Positions 20,263 through 31,829 of a stretch of DNA of 64,000 nt are shown here, piece after piece. The notes beneath the pieces were generated by a model. That model was not told the origin of the DNA. It ran no database searches and saw nothing but the letters and a program-made list of their open reading frames with translations. How positions within the stretch are numbered: the first letter of the stretch is position 1; the number at the start of each line of letters is the position of its first letter. The DNA is from Synechococcus sp. (GTDB lineage Bacteria; Cyanobacteriota; Cyanobacteriia; Thermostichales; PCC-7336), in contig JBFRWN010000017.1 of the NCBI GenBank assembly GCA_051439605.1, positions 32,001-96,000 of the forward strand, written 5' to 3'. The position numbers and the translations under genes are program-made.

Positions 20263-22425
20263 GTGTATGGGTTAACCGTGCTTCACAACATCAGCCGCCC
20301 TTCCCAATTACCCTCGCTAGATCCGACTGGCGAGCCCAGTTCTTCTGGCCAGGATCGCATTTTACAGTTGGCTGAATTTTCCTTTGAATCCACCTCTATC
20401 TCTGGGTTTTGGATTGCTCAAGATGCCAGTATTTATCGAGTAAAATCAGCCGCCTGTCAGTTTTTGGGATACTCCAAACAGGAGCTAGAATCGCTGCACA
20501 TTTTTGATATCGATCCCTCTGCTTCCTCGCAAACCTGGAGCAATCATTGGCGCAAGCTCAGGCAGCAGCGATCGATGAACTTCACCTCCCGCCATCGGAC
20601 GAAGAACGGACGGTTGTTACCGGTGGAAATCCACCTCAACTTCTTGCAATTGGGCGAGGAAGAATTCAATATCGCCTTTGCCCACGATCTAACTGCACAG
20701 CGTAAAACAGAGGCGGATTTGCGGGAAAGTCAGCAGCGTTATTCCCTGGTCATTCAAGCCACCAATGATGGGATTTGGGACTGGAATCTTGATACCGATG
20801 AAATATATTTTTCCAGTCGTTGGCAGGAAATGCTGGGGTTTGCCAACGGAGAACTCGGCAGCCGTCCGTACTCTTGGTTCCATCGCATTCACCCTCAAGA
20901 TTGGGATACTTTCCGCACAAAGCTCGAACGATACCTTGCGGGGGATGAAGGGCAACTGGAACACGAATACCGCATGCGCCACAAAGATGGCCGTTACCTC
21001 TGGGTGCTGTGCCGCGGGATGGTGCTACGAGACTATAACGATCGCATTTACCGCATTGCTGGTTCGCAGACAGACATCACGAAGCGTCATAACGCTCAAC
21101 AGCAATTAATTCACGACGCACTGCACGATCCGCTAACGGGATTACCCAATCGAAACTTCCTGCTAGGAAGCCTCGATGCAGCGATCGGGCGGCATCAGAA
21201 GGATCCCACTGCATTGTTTGCCGTACTATTTCTGGATCTCGATCGGTTCAAGGTCATTAACGACAGTTTGGGTCACAGTATGGGAGATCGGCTATTGATC
21301 GAGGTGGCCAATCGCTTGAAAACATGCGTTGGCTTGGAAGATACCGTCGCACGTTTGGGGGGGGATGAGTTTGTCATCCTGCTGAATGTCCGCAGCGAGG
21401 AGGAAGCCAACCAGGCGGTGTACAAAGTCCATCGCACTCTAACAGCCCCTCTACAGTTGGGGAAACAGCTCGTTTACCCTGCTGCCAGCATTGGTATCAG
21501 CATGAGCGAAATCGATCGCATCAGTTCTGAGGACTACCTACGTCGAGCCGATATCGCCATGTACCAGGCGAAGTCCTCCAATCAGTCAAACGTTGCGTTG
21601 TTTACCCAAGATATGCACGCCCGCGTCTCGGAGCAATTGCAGTTAGAGGTGGAACTTCAGCAGGCAATCGCGCGTAACGAACTGTTCTTGCATTACCAAC
21701 CAATTGTGTGTTTGGCGACAGGGATGGTCGTAGGGGTAGAGGCATTACTGCGCTGGACCCACACTCAGCGCGGGGGAATCCCCCCCAACGTATTTATTCC
21801 AATTGCGGAGGAGACAGGTGCGATCGTGACGATTGGGCATTGGGTCTTGCAACAGGCGTGTCGCCAAATGCATCGCTGGAGCGCTCTAAGTCCCTCGTTA
21901 GACAGTCTCTTTGTGACTGTGAATTTATCCACCCAACAGCTGGCTTAGCCGGACTTTGTGGATAGCGTTCGCTCCACCTTACATCGGGAAAACCTGCAGC
22001 CCGAACGATTGAAGCTGGAGATTACTGAAAGCTCAATTGCCCACAATACAGAAGTTGCCAGAGAGAGACTCTCTGCCCTCAAACAGAGCAATATCAGCCT
22101 TTGTATGGATGACTTTGGCACCGGTTATTCTTCTTTCAGCTACTTACACCAATTACCGATTGACTGCATCAAGATCGATCGGTCATTTGTGAATCGGCTG
22201 GAAAGCCAGCAAAACACCAAAGATATTATTCGAGCAATATTGGCGATCGCCAAAAGCCTGTGCTTGGAGGTGGTGGCCGAGGGCATTGAAACTGATGCGC
22301 AACTAGCACTGTTACGCGCGATCGGCTGCGATCGGGGACAAGGATATTTTTTGAGCAAGCCACATGCTGCTGGATCCATCACCGATTTTCTACTACAACA
22401 CTGTCGTGGTGGCGATCGCGGTTAG
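20263..22425 (+). pseudogene. PAS-PAS-GGDEF-EAL diguanylate cyclase/phosphodiesterase interrupted by an in-frame TAG at 21946-21948
   Basis: ORFs 20263..21948 and 21958..22425 share one frame and read NLSTQQLA*PDFVDSV. HDPLTGLPNR, GGDEF, EALLRW, LEITES, DDFGTGYSS and VAEGIET are all present. Confidence 0.85.
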
Positions 22426-22487
22426 AGGATCGATTTGCATTCTGTTTGAGGGAGAAGACATTAGTCCATGGTTACAGTACTGTTCAA

Positions 22488-23387
22488 CTAAAACAGGCTG
22501 AGTTGTGCTTCTGTTGCTGTTGACTCGACTGTATCCCAGGGTAACGGTGGTAAGGCTGTGCCTTTGTTTTCAAGGCGATATTGTATTGCTTTTGCAAATC
22601 GGGGGGAATGGACTTCTTGGGGGCAATGGACGAAAAAGTAGACGTCAGTTCCCCGATCTAGCCACTCTTTCACGCGATCGCACCATTCTGTCCAGTAGCG
22701 CTCGTTGCGACGGCTATCGGGATGGCTGATGTAGCGGACGAAAGCAAATGAATGGGTGACAGTGGGTTGAAGCGGAACTTTGGGTTTCCGGCGTGGGGAA
22801 GTGGCTTGGGGATCGTCTACCCCACTGTAAATCGGACGGGTATCCAGCAACACTCGACCCACTTTGTGTTGGGCCAATAGACGATTGAGATTTCTACTGT
22901 GGGGGGCTGCGAACCAATCGGGATGGCGAACTTCTACTGCTAGCGGGACTTTAATAGGCCAATGGCTCAGAAACGCGGCTAAATCTGCAATTTGCTCGGG
23001 GCCGTAGCTGGGGGGAAGCTGGGCAAACAGAGGACCGAGGCGATTGCCCAGACCCTGCATGCGATCGATAAATGCTAGGGCTGCATCACCCCTTGGGACA
23101 AGGCGTTCTCGGTGGGTGATGTTTCTGGGGAGTTTAGGACAGAACCGGAAACTCGCAGGGGTGAGGTCGGCCCATCGACTCACCATTTCTTCAGTGGGGG
23201 TGGAATAGAAGGTTGTGTTCCCCTCTACAGCCGTCAGCCGCTCAGCGTACAGTTTCAGAAACTCTCCAGACCTGCTGCCGGTGGGATAGAAATCCCCCAG
23301 CCATCCTCGGAAAGCCCATACAGCACAACCTAAGAAAAAGCGCCCAGAGCCAGAATCGGATGGATTGGTGGAAGAGGACTGAGACAA
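22488..23387 (-). CDS. DUF72 family protein
   Basis: FLGCAVW, AVEGNTTFY, FCPKLPR, QLPPSYGP, AVEVRH, YFFVHCP; start uncertain (TTG 23387 chosen to avoid overlap). Confidence 0.85.
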   Translation of the reverse strand: MSQSSSTNPSDSGSGRFFLGCAVWAFRGWLGDFYPTGSRSGEFLKLYAERLTAVEGNTTFYSTPTEEMVSRWADLTPASFRFCPKLPRNITHRERLVPRGDAALAFIDRMQGLGNRLGPLFAQLPPSYGPEQIADLAAFLSHWPIKVPLAVEVRHPDWFAAPHSRNLNRLLAQHKVGRVLLDTRPIYSGVDDPQATSPRRKPKVPLQPTVTHSFAFVRYISHPDSRRNERYWTEWCDRVKEWLDRGTDVYFFVHCPQEVHSPRFAKAIQYRLENKGTALPPLPWDTVESTATEAQLSLF

Positions 23388-23439
23388 TGGAACAAACGAC
23401 AGCAAAGTGCCAGATACAACAGGGGCAAACAGCAGCGCG

Positions 23440-23853
23440 ATGGAACAAGGATTGCTATGGCTACCATTATTGGGGACTTTCATCACCTTAACCTGGCTGG
23501 GGTGGCGTTCTTACCGCCAGGTCGAAAGTTATCGGCAATGGGCGCAAGCCTTCGACACAGCCAAGTATGACAGTGCAGCTGTGGTCGGTCTCAAAGGGAT
23601 GACTCTTACTTGGGGAAAACCTCAATCTGATGGTCCTACTGGACTGCAGTCGGTGAACCTCAATCGCATCGAACACGTTGATTTGCTTGTGGATGGTCAG
23701 CCCCTCCCTTGGCCCCCGCAAGAGATACCCAAGGGTAAATCGTTTGTCCTCCGTCTGTCGCCCTCAGCGGCTGAGATTCCCTACAGTGATATAGGCTTGG
23801 CGATCGCCTGGTGTAAAAAACTTAAGCAAATGGTACAGGACCAATCGAATTGA
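23440..23853 (+). CDS. Conserved cyanobacterial membrane-anchored hypothetical protein
   Basis: MEQGLLWLPLL...W anchor, then YRQWAQAFDTAKYD and LTWGKP. Confidence 0.7.
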   Translation: MEQGLLWLPLLGTFITLTWLGWRSYRQVESYRQWAQAFDTAKYDSAAVVGLKGMTLTWGKPQSDGPTGLQSVNLNRIEHVDLLVDGQPLPWPPQEIPKGKSFVLRLSPSAAEIPYSDIGLAIAWCKKLKQMVQDQSN

Positions 23854-23913
23854 TAGAAGTTTTATCCCCCTTGATTTGCGAATGATTCTCCGCGAAAGGA
23901 AATGGTCATGGCA

Positions 23914-25965
23914 TTACTGGGAAAGGCGTGCCTGCTGTGCAGGAGAGAGATAATCCTTGGGATTTGGGAATTGCTCGACCGGTTTTTCTTCCATTGCAAA
24001 GGTCATGAACTGTTTCCAAATGGGTGCGACATGACCGCCACCAGTGGTGCCATGAGCCATAGGAGTATTGTCGTCATTGCCAATCCACACTGCCGTAGCT
24101 AGCTGAGGGGTGAATCCCACAAACCAAGCATCGCGGAAGTCTGATGTGGTGCCAGTCTTACCGGCGATGGGACGACCGTCAGGTAACAGTGCTGCCCGTC
24201 CAGTTCCCCGCTGTGTAACCCCCTGCAATGCCTGAACGAGATTAGCCACAGCCCAAGGATCTAACGCACGCTCGGGTTCCGGAGCAGCAGATTCGAGAAC
24301 GTTACCTTGGCTGTCAATAACTTGCACAATCAGCGTAGGCTCGATGCGGTTGCCTCCGTTGGCAAACGTAGCGTAGGCGCTGGCCAATTCGAGGGGAGTG
24401 ACATCGGCTGCCCCCAGTGCAATCGACAGGTTGGGGGGAATAGTTTGTTGAATCCCTGCCACATTGGCAGACTCGATCACTTCGCCCACACCTAACTCAT
24501 CCGTCAGTTTTACCGTCGGGACGTTGCGGGATAGCTCTAAAGCTCGCTGCAGAGTCATGCCGCCGCGAAAGGTGTTGTCGTAATTGCGCGGACAGTAAGG
24601 TTCTTGGACGTCGGGATAACAGACGGGCCCATCGAAAATGGGGGAGGTGAGGCTGTATTTACCGCTGGCGAGGGCAGTGTAGTACACGAATGGCTTAAAC
24701 GCGGAACCAGGTTGGCGAATGGCTTGGGTTACGCGGTTGAATTGTCCCCGCTGGGCTTGCACACCTCCCACCAGCGCCTTGATAAATCCAGTCCTGGGGT
24801 CGATCGCAACTAATGCCACTTGATTGGCACGGCGGCTACTCGCTTGCAGATTGTTATAGCCATCGTCAACTGCCTTTTGGGCTTCTCGCTGTAGATCCAA
24901 ATCGATCGAGGTTTGAACTCGGTATCCACCCCTCAACAGAGCGTCGCGACCGTAGCGATCCACTAATTCAGCTTCGATGACGTCGGCAATCGCCGGAGCA
25001 CTAGTGCTAAATGATGTGATCTTTCCCAATGTCAACTCTTGCTGAGCGGTGATTTTCGCAGTTTCTGGTTCTATCCACTCAAGCTCTACCATGCGCTGCA
25101 GTACAATCGCCTGCCGACGCTTGGCCGCTTCAAAATTTCGAAATGGACTCAGCTGCTCGGGGGCCTGCAATAGCCCTGCGAGCATGGTTGCTTCAGCCAG
25201 ATTTAGCTCTGAGGCTTTCTTATCAAAATAGCTTTCTGCCGCAGTCTGAATTCCATACAGGTTATGTCCCCAGTACACCTGATTAAGGTACATTTCCAGG
25301 ATTTCGTTTTTTTCGAAGACCTGCTCCACCCGCATTGCCAAAACAACTTCGGCCGTCTTGCGCCCAATCGATCGCTCCGGGGTCAGAAATAGGTTTTTGA
25401 CCAATTGCATAGTCAGCGTAGACCCACCCCCTGCCGAACCCAGCCCACCAGCTAGACTTCCCATCACCGCTTTTCCAATCCGGACGGGATTGATTCCGTC
25501 ATGGATGTAAAAGTGGCTGTCCTCAATTGCCAGCAGCGCCAATTTCATCTCAGAGGAGATGGAATCTAGAGCAACAAGTTGACGATTCGCCTCTCCATGC
25601 AGGGCTGCAATAAATTCTCCGTTGCTATCGACAATCAGCGTTGTTTCGTTTGGGACGTAGTTCTCTAGGCTGCGTACATCTGGCAAGCTACGAAAGCTTA
25701 GGGCCAGCCCAATAGAAGCCCCAGCAAAAGCGGTCACCCCCAGCAGGAGACTGGCAAGACCCAAATTGCTCATTGTCCCAAGAACCCAACCCAAACCAAT
25801 TATTTTGGGTGGCTGTTGTGGAGGCTGTTGGTGAGAGCGGGGGGCTGGCTGAGATCGCGCATGCTGTTGACCCGCAGACTGAGATCGCATCGGTCGAGTG
25901 CGATCGGATGGGGTATTCAAGTGCGGTGGAATATTCCATTTGGGTGGCTGTGGGGTATTAGACAA
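23914..25965 (-). CDS. Class A penicillin-binding protein (transglycosylase/transpeptidase)
   Basis: AIEDSHFY, GGSTLTMQLVKN, RQPGSAFKP (SxxK), SRN, KTGTT. Confidence 0.94.
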   Translation of the reverse strand: MSNTPQPPKWNIPPHLNTPSDRTRPMRSQSAGQQHARSQPAPRSHQQPPQQPPKIIGLGWVLGTMSNLGLASLLLGVTAFAGASIGLALSFRSLPDVRSLENYVPNETTLIVDSNGEFIAALHGEANRQLVALDSISSEMKLALLAIEDSHFYIHDGINPVRIGKAVMGSLAGGLGSAGGGSTLTMQLVKNLFLTPERSIGRKTAEVVLAMRVEQVFEKNEILEMYLNQVYWGHNLYGIQTAAESYFDKKASELNLAEATMLAGLLQAPEQLSPFRNFEAAKRRQAIVLQRMVELEWIEPETAKITAQQELTLGKITSFSTSAPAIADVIEAELVDRYGRDALLRGGYRVQTSIDLDLQREAQKAVDDGYNNLQASSRRANQVALVAIDPRTGFIKALVGGVQAQRGQFNRVTQAIRQPGSAFKPFVYYTALASGKYSLTSPIFDGPVCYPDVQEPYCPRNYDNTFRGGMTLQRALELSRNVPTVKLTDELGVGEVIESANVAGIQQTIPPNLSIALGAADVTPLELASAYATFANGGNRIEPTLIVQVIDSQGNVLESAAPEPERALDPWAVANLVQALQGVTQRGTGRAALLPDGRPIAGKTGTTSDFRDAWFVGFTPQLATAVWIGNDDNTPMAHGTTGGGHVAPIWKQFMTFAMEEKPVEQFPNPKDYLSPAQQARLSQ

Positions 25966-26251
25966 GCGTCAGAGCCAAAAGACTGGAGCTATTATAGGCT
26001 GCTCGTTTTAGGTATGACAGTGGGTTTGCGGACAGACTTTCCTCAGTTGATGGTGAAACAGTGTACTTTTGCTGGGGTCGATAAAGAGACAACCTATATC
26101 TATCTGGCTCGAAATCGATATCGGTTGAACGAGACTTGGTATAGATTGAATGCCAAACTAGAGCATTTCAGTGCGATTGCTCAATCGAATTGACTGACGA
26201 GAGGGGACCGTCTAGCGAGATAATTGGATCGCAGTTTGACAGACAATAGCC

Positions 26252-27457
26252 TTGAGTACTAAAGCAAACGACATTACCCGGCTGACCGAACGGGGGGTCG
26301 TAGAAATTTTTCCTGGAGGTAGTGTTGCTCTAGCAAAGCGGCTAGCAGAGACCGATCGCCCGTTACGTGTCAAGCTAGGCATCGACCCTACACGCCCCGA
26401 TCTGCATTTGGGTCATACGGTCGCTCTGCGCAAACTGCGTCAGTTTCAAGATGCCGGTCATAAGGCTATCTTGCTGATCGGCGATTTCACCGCTCAAATT
26501 GGCGATCCGACAGGTCGTTCCGAAGCTCGACCTCGCCTCAGTGCAGCAGACGTGCTGGCAAATAGCGAAACTTATTTGGAACAAGCACGAAAGATCCTCG
26601 ATTTTGACACCCCCGGCAGACTGGAAATCCGTCGCAATAGCGAATGGTTAGGGCAGCTCAACTTGAGTCAAATTGTGGAATTACAGGCTCAAATGACAGT
26701 GGGGCAAATGCTGGCCAAAGAGGACTTCTCTCAGCGATACGAGTCGGGAACGCCCATTTACATGCACGAGTTCCTTTATCCGTTGCTGCAGGGATATGAC
26801 TCTGTGGCCCTACAGGCGGATGTGGAGTTGGGGGGCACCGATCAAAAATTTAATTTGCTCTGTGGTCGCGATCTTCAGCAGTGGAAGGGGCAACCGGCTC
26901 AATTTGGTGTGCTGCTACCGCTGTTAGAAGGGTTGGATGGCTTCCAGAAGATGTCTAAATCCCTGGATAACTACGTGGGGCTGACCGAAGACCCACTCTC
27001 TATGTACTCCAAACTGGAAAAAGTCCCGGATAACTTGGTACCCAAGTATTTTGAACTGCTGACCAATCTTGCCCTAGAGGATTTGCCTGAGGGACCCCGC
27101 GATCGCCAAGTGCTACTAGCAACTGAAGTGGTGACCCAATACCACTCAGCCGAAGCAGCAGCCCAAGCGAAGCAGGCGGCTCAAGATTTAATCCGCAAAG
27201 GAGCAAGCGACGCCACCGCTGCAATTCCAGAATTTTCGCTGTCTGAGGTCAATTTCCCTGCGAAGATTACTTATCTTCTGCGGGAGACAGCCCTGCTGAA
27301 GAGTTCCAGCGAAGCCCGTCGCCAAATTCAAAATGGCGGCGTGCGCATCGATGGAGACAAAGTCAGCGACCCCAATCAGGAGTTTCATGCTCCGGACGAG
27401 CTTTACGATCGCGTGTTGCAGGTGGGTAAAAAGAAGTTTTTGCGCTTGGTTGCATAG
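26252..27457 (+). CDS. tyrS: Tyrosine--tRNA ligase
   Basis: [35 protein letters not shown]-terminal S4 domain; TTG start. Confidence 0.97.
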   Translation: MSTKANDITRLTERGVVEIFPGGSVALAKRLAETDRPLRVKLGIDPTRPDLHLGHTVALRKLRQFQDAGHKAILLIGDFTAQIGDPTGRSEARPRLSAADVLANSETYLEQARKILDFDTPGRLEIRRNSEWLGQLNLSQIVELQAQMTVGQMLAKEDFSQRYESGTPIYMHEFLYPLLQGYDSVALQADVELGGTDQKFNLLCGRDLQQWKGQPAQFGVLLPLLEGLDGFQKMSKSLDNYVGLTEDPLSMYSKLEKVPDNLVPKYFELLTNLALEDLPEGPRDRQVLLATEVVTQYHSAEAAAQAKQAAQDLIRKGASDATAAIPEFSLSEVNFPAKITYLLRETALLKSSSEARRQIQNGGVRIDGDKVSDPNQEFHAPDELYDRVLQVGKKKFLRLVA

Positions 27458-27503
27458 TCCCAACTTTAGTCAAAGGATTTATGAAGTTCGTGAAGACCCC
27501 CAT

Positions 27504-27545
27504 AAAACCAGCGACGTTAGCAAAAGATAGAACGCCGCTGGTTTT
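27504..27545. terminator. Bidirectional terminator between the convergent tyrS and msrA genes
   Basis: AAAACCAGCG...CGCTGGTTTT inverted repeat. Confidence 0.65.
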
Positions 27546-27587
27546 CACAATGACATCGATTGGAGAAAGTATAGCTACAGCGAGAGC

Positions 27588-28247
27588 CTACGCCTCTACA
27601 CCAGTAGAGATGGGGCAAGACACGTTGGTTCCCCCTAACCCGCAGTAACCATTAGGATTTTTGGCCAAGTACTGCTGGTGATAGGGCTCTGCGTAGTAGA
27701 ACTGGGGGGCATCCAAAATCTCGGTGGTAATGGAGCCGTATCCCGCTTTTTTCAGTTCCCCTTCGTACATGGCTTTCGATGCTTCAGCCGCTTGCTTTTG
27801 AGCGTCTGAAAAGGTGTAAATCCCGGAACGGTATTGGGTGCCGCGGTCGTTCCCCTGACGCATCCCTTGGGTGGGGTTGTGACTTTCCCAGAAGGTTTTG
27901 AGCAACTGCTCGTAACTGATGGCAGTTGGATCGAATACGACTAAAACCACTTCGTTATGACCGGTGAGTCCGCTGCAAACTTCTTGGTAGGTGGGGTTGG
28001 GGGTTAGACCTGCGGCATATCCAACGGCTGTGGAGTACACACCGTCAAGCTTCCAAAAAGCCTTTTCTGCACCCCAAAAGCATCCCAAACCAAAGATAGC
28101 GGTATCCATCCCTGTAGGAAACGGCCCTTTGATGGGATTGCCATTCACAAAGTGAGCCTCTGGTACCGGCATCTCGGTGGAGCGACCGGGAAGGGCTTCG
28201 GCAGCGGTGGGGAACTGGGTCTTTTTACCAAACGAGAAGATGCCCAT
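27588..28247 (-). CDS. msrA: Peptide methionine sulfoxide reductase A
   Basis: [37 protein letters not shown]. Confidence 0.97.
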   Translation of the reverse strand: MGIFSFGKKTQFPTAAEALPGRSTEMPVPEAHFVNGNPIKGPFPTGMDTAIFGLGCFWGAEKAFWKLDGVYSTAVGYAAGLTPNPTYQEVCSGLTGHNEVVLVVFDPTAISYEQLLKTFWESHNPTQGMRQGNDRGTQYRSGIYTFSDAQKQAAEASKAMYEGELKKAGYGSITTEILDAPQFYYAEPYHQQYLAKNPNGYCGLGGTNVSCPISTGVEA

Positions 28248-28510
28248 AGGAATACTCGAAAACTCTCAAAAACTGCTGTGACTGTGGGTTTGATTTCTGT
28301 TCTCAGGATAAGTGAGGAGGCAATAGAACGACTAGCATTACATTCCGGGAACAATTGAGCTGGCTCAGCTGTCAGCAAAACAGTCTGGCAACTTCCTTCC
28401 ATGCTCGATTGAGCTTAATGAGTCGGACGATTGCTGAATGTGCTTGCTTCTCCAGTGTGTTTGGTGACGAACTGTTCTAGCTTGGAATTAGGGGGATAGA
28501 GGTTTGAAAT

Positions 28511-28819
28511 ATGTTTAGCGTCCCCACGTACTTAGCTTTAGGCACTGCATTGTGCGGATGGACAACCTTTGGACAAATAGCGATCGCCTCCGAACCCGAG
28601 CGAGCCATAGAATTTACCTCTCCCTCATTCCAGTTGGGGGTCGAGCAGGAAAATGTCGAGCACGAATGGGTGAACTTCACCGTAGAAGACAGTGACGAAG
28701 CCATTGCTCGATTTGGGTGTGACGATCTGTTTTGCATCAATTTTTTACGGGCACAGAGGGGGCAAGGCCCACTGCAGCTAGAATTCACCCCCGATAAAGC
28801 GAGCACTGAGAGCGAATAA
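28511..28819 (+). CDS. Small exported hypothetical protein
   Basis: GAGG RBS, signal-like N-terminus, ESDEAI-like segment EDSDEAIARFGCDDLFCIN. Confidence 0.55.
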   Translation: MFSVPTYLALGTALCGWTTFGQIAIASEPERAIEFTSPSFQLGVEQENVEHEWVNFTVEDSDEAIARFGCDDLFCINFLRAQRGQGPLQLEFTPDKASTESE

Positions 28820-28934
28820 GAGCGTCAATAATCTCGATCAATTCCACCTCTTGTGAACATACTGAATCTCAGTAGACCACAACCATGACCTTAATTACGT
28901 TACTTTATTGCCTCTATTCAATCTCTACAAGGGT

Positions 28935-29063
28935 CTGATTCCCCGACCGCTTGCGGCGCACTGAGTTACAGCGTACGAAGAGCTCTGTTGAACGGAGCTG
29001 AGCCGCGAAGCGTGTGAACGAGGTGAAGTGATACCCCGCCCCAAGGGGCGGGGATGTTCATTC
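28935..29063. mobile_element. Short non-autonomous IS200/IS605-like palindromic element (PATE/MITE-like)
   Basis: Two related arms, GATTCCCCGACCGCTTGCGGCG and GATACCCCGCCCC-AA-GGGGCGGGGATGTTCATT, ~95 bp apart with no transposase; resembles IS200/IS605 end hairpins. Confidence 0.55.
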
Positions 29064-30236
29064 AAAAGGTTCTTTCGAGTGGGGAAATTGCCTGACGTCA
29101 GGGGGGCTGTCTGTGCCGTTGAGGGATGATTTTTCGTTTGTACGAGCTTTTCCATTGCTAGGAGAAGAGGGTGGCTTAGGGAGGCGGTGGCGAAGGGCAG
29201 AGATACGTTGGGATCGTTTCCAGACTTCCCAGGTGGCAACCCCCACAATCACAGAGGCCCCCGCCAAGAATGTTCCCCCTGCTGGTAGCCCCGTAAGTAC
29301 GAGTGCCAAGCTGCCCATCCACAGCGTGAGGGAGTAGATAAATAATACTGTCAGCCGATGGGGTACACCGGCTCTTAATAAGCGGTGGTGTAGATGGCGA
29401 TTATCGGCAAGGAAGGGAGATCGCCCCTGGCAGACCCGACTAAAGATGACAGTAGACATATCTAGGATCGGGACGGCCAAAATACAGAAAGGTAACAAAA
29501 TAGCCAGTGTCGTAAAGCCCTTCGCAACCCCAATCACCCCGATACCAGCCAACGAAAATCCAAGAAAATAGGCTCCCCCATCCCCCATGAAGATTTGTGC
29601 TGGTCGGAAGTTATACCGCAAGAATCCGAGGGATCCCCCCGCAAGGGCGGCTGCAATCATGGCAGCCCCAGGCTGATCCTCAAGCAAGGTCACAAACAGC
29701 AAGCTAACAGCCGCAATTCCAGACACCCCAGCAGCCAAACCGTCCAGACCATCCATCCAGTTAATTGCGTTGGCCAAACCCACCAACCACAACAGCGTCA
29801 AGATCAGGCTAATGGCGGGGGGCAGAGTCAAAACCCCAAGGTGTGGCAGCTGCAAAAACTCGATGCTGACCCCCACCTTCCATGCAGCTGTGGCCACCGC
29901 AGCTTGCAGAATCAAGCGGATACTGGCGGGCAGCTGGAAGAGGTCGTCTGCGAGTCCAATGGCAAAAAACAGTAGGCCACCAACGGTGACCCCCCACAGC
30001 TCGTATTCCTTTTCGGTGGGGAGCACGCCAAAAAATCCTGCCCTCCACACGAGCAACAGGGCCAGGATAGTGCCCAAAAAGATCGACACCCCCCCAAGGC
30101 GAACCATTGGACGGGTGTGCATTTTGCGATCGTCGGGTACATCAAATTTACCGCTGCGAAGACCAACGGCCTTCACTGTCGGAGTGGTCCATAGTACTAC
30201 GCAGGCGGCGGCCAGAAAGGCGACCAGATGAGCCAT
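29058..30236 (-). CDS. MraY/WecA family undecaprenyl-phosphate sugar-1-phosphate transferase
   Basis: RKMHTRPMVRLGG, IGLADD, NAINWMDGLDGLA, FMGDGG, PFLADNRHLHHRL; abuts the glyA stop. Confidence 0.9.
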   Translation of the reverse strand: MAHLVAFLAAACVVLWTTPTVKAVGLRSGKFDVPDDRKMHTRPMVRLGGVSIFLGTILALLLVWRAGFFGVLPTEKEYELWGVTVGGLLFFAIGLADDLFQLPASIRLILQAAVATAAWKVGVSIEFLQLPHLGVLTLPPAISLILTLLWLVGLANAINWMDGLDGLAAGVSGIAAVSLLFVTLLEDQPGAAMIAAALAGGSLGFLRYNFRPAQIFMGDGGAYFLGFSLAGIGVIGVAKGFTTLAILLPFCILAVPILDMSTVIFSRVCQGRSPFLADNRHLHHRLLRAGVPHRLTVLFIYSLTLWMGSLALVLTGLPAGGTFLAGASVIVGVATWEVWKRSQRISALRHRLPKPPSSPSNGKARTNEKSSLNGTDSPPDVRQFPHSKEPFE

Positions 30237-30238
30237 TT

Positions 30239-31567
30239 TTAAACAAGGGCAGCGGCTTGATTGACAGCGAGGTGTGGGTATAGAGGGAAGTCCGCACACA
30301 ACTCGGACACCTGCTGTCGGCAGTAGGCTAACACACTTTTATCCTCTGGATTCTGCAGACAATCCGCAATGATGTCGGCAATGCGAGTGAATTCTTCAAC
30401 CCCCATTCCACGGGTGGTGAGAGCGGGGGATCCGAGGCGCAAACCGCTAGTCACGAAAGGAGATTCGGGGTCGAAAGGGACCGTATTCTTATTGGCGGTG
30501 ATATGAATCTTCTCCATCAGAGCATCGGCTCGCTTGCCGGTCATGACAGAGTTCTCTAAGCCACCCTTTTGTTCTAGGAAGGCTGTGACAGAGCGCAGGT
30601 CTAGCAAGACGAGATGGTTGTCGGTGCCACCTGACACTAGCTTGACTCCGCGTACTTGTAGGCGATCGCCCAATGCCTTGGCATTGGCAATTACTTTGCC
30701 ACAGTAGTCTTTGAACTCAGGCTTGAGCGCTTCCCCAAATGCAACGGCCTTGGCTGCAATGACATGTTCTAGAGGCCCCCCCTGAGAACCGGGGAAAACA
30801 GCCTTATTGAATTTCTTGCCCAACTCGGGATCGCGGGTCAGAATCAGGCCGCCACGGGGACCTCGCAAGGTCTTATGGGTAGTTGTGGTGACGACATCGC
30901 AGAGGGGAACGGGATTGGGATGGTGACCGCTGACAACTAAACCAGCGATGTGGGCAATATCCGCCATCAGGTATGCACCCACTTCATCAGCCACTTTGCG
31001 GAAGGCAGCAAAGTCAATCGTGCGGGGATAAGCAGAGTAACCGCAAATAATGAGTTTGGGCTTGTGTTCGAGGGCTAGTTCGCGAATCTTATCGAAATCA
31101 AGCTCTTCGGTGTTGGGGTTAACGCCGTAGCTAACAACGTTGAACCACTTACCGGAGACGTTGACGGGGGAACCGTGGGTGAGGTGACCACCGTGGGAAA
31201 GCTCCATCCCCATAATGGTGTCGCCGGGGTTCAACAATGCGAGGAAGACAGCAAAGTTCGCTTGTGCGCCAGAGTGGGGCTGTACGTTGGCAGCTTCTGC
31301 TCCAAATAGCTGCTTGGCGCGGTCAATCGCCAGCTGTTCTGCGCGATCGACATACTCGCAGCCACCGTAGTACCGTTTACCGGGGAGGCCTTCGGCGTAC
31401 TTATTGGTAAGTACGGAACCTTGAGCAGCCATCACTGCTGGTGATGTGAAGTTCTCGCTGGCAATCATTTCTAGACGATCTCGCTGGCGCTGCAGCTCGT
31501 CAGACAAGATAGCGCTTACCGCTGGATCGATTTCAGCTAAATACTCTAGGTTGGTACGTGCAGCCAC
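30239..31567 (-). CDS. glyA: Serine hydroxymethyltransferase
   Basis: [48 protein letters not shown] start. Confidence 0.98.
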   Translation of the reverse strand: MAARTNLEYLAEIDPAVSAILSDELQRQRDRLEMIASENFTSPAVMAAQGSVLTNKYAEGLPGKRYYGGCEYVDRAEQLAIDRAKQLFGAEAANVQPHSGAQANFAVFLALLNPGDTIMGMELSHGGHLTHGSPVNVSGKWFNVVSYGVNPNTEELDFDKIRELALEHKPKLIICGYSAYPRTIDFAAFRKVADEVGAYLMADIAHIAGLVVSGHHPNPVPLCDVVTTTTHKTLRGPRGGLILTRDPELGKKFNKAVFPGSQGGPLEHVIAAKAVAFGEALKPEFKDYCGKVIANAKALGDRLQVRGVKLVSGGTDNHLVLLDLRSVTAFLEQKGGLENSVMTGKRADALMEKIHITANKNTVPFDPESPFVTSGLRLGSPALTTRGMGVEEFTRIADIIADCLQNPEDKSVLAYCRQQVSELCADFPLYPHLAVNQAAALV

Positions 31568-31829
31568 GACAATTCCCCAGTAAACAAGGCGATAAAGAGC
31601 CTTGCCATGCTAGCACGCACCTGCAGTCAAGCGGGATGCAACATTTCCCTGCACGGCTGGTTGAAAAGGGGCGTCTGGCAACGATCGCGGCATGTACAGC
31701 GACTCTCAAGTCGCTGAGGACATCTGAGCAAGCCAGAACCCTGATTGGGCAACGATCTTGCTGCCCTAAGTGAGAAGGCAATAGCTACACATTTTGGTCT
31801 GAGGCTCTGGCTTAAAGGAGAATAGCTGT

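Noticed and set aside
21946..21948. Pyrrolysine or genome-wide TAG recoding
   Set aside because: TAG terminates ordinary genes here (e.g. tyrS, thioesterase, CDF) and no pyl genes are visible
28925..29248. 107-aa ORF overlapping the end of the WecA-like gene
   Set aside because: Reads through the palindromic element and overlaps a real gene in another frame
31568..31829. ZMP/ZTP or other riboswitch upstream of glyA
   Set aside because: Conserved pfl motifs (GACTGGCG, CGCCTGGGCA) not found on the coding strand
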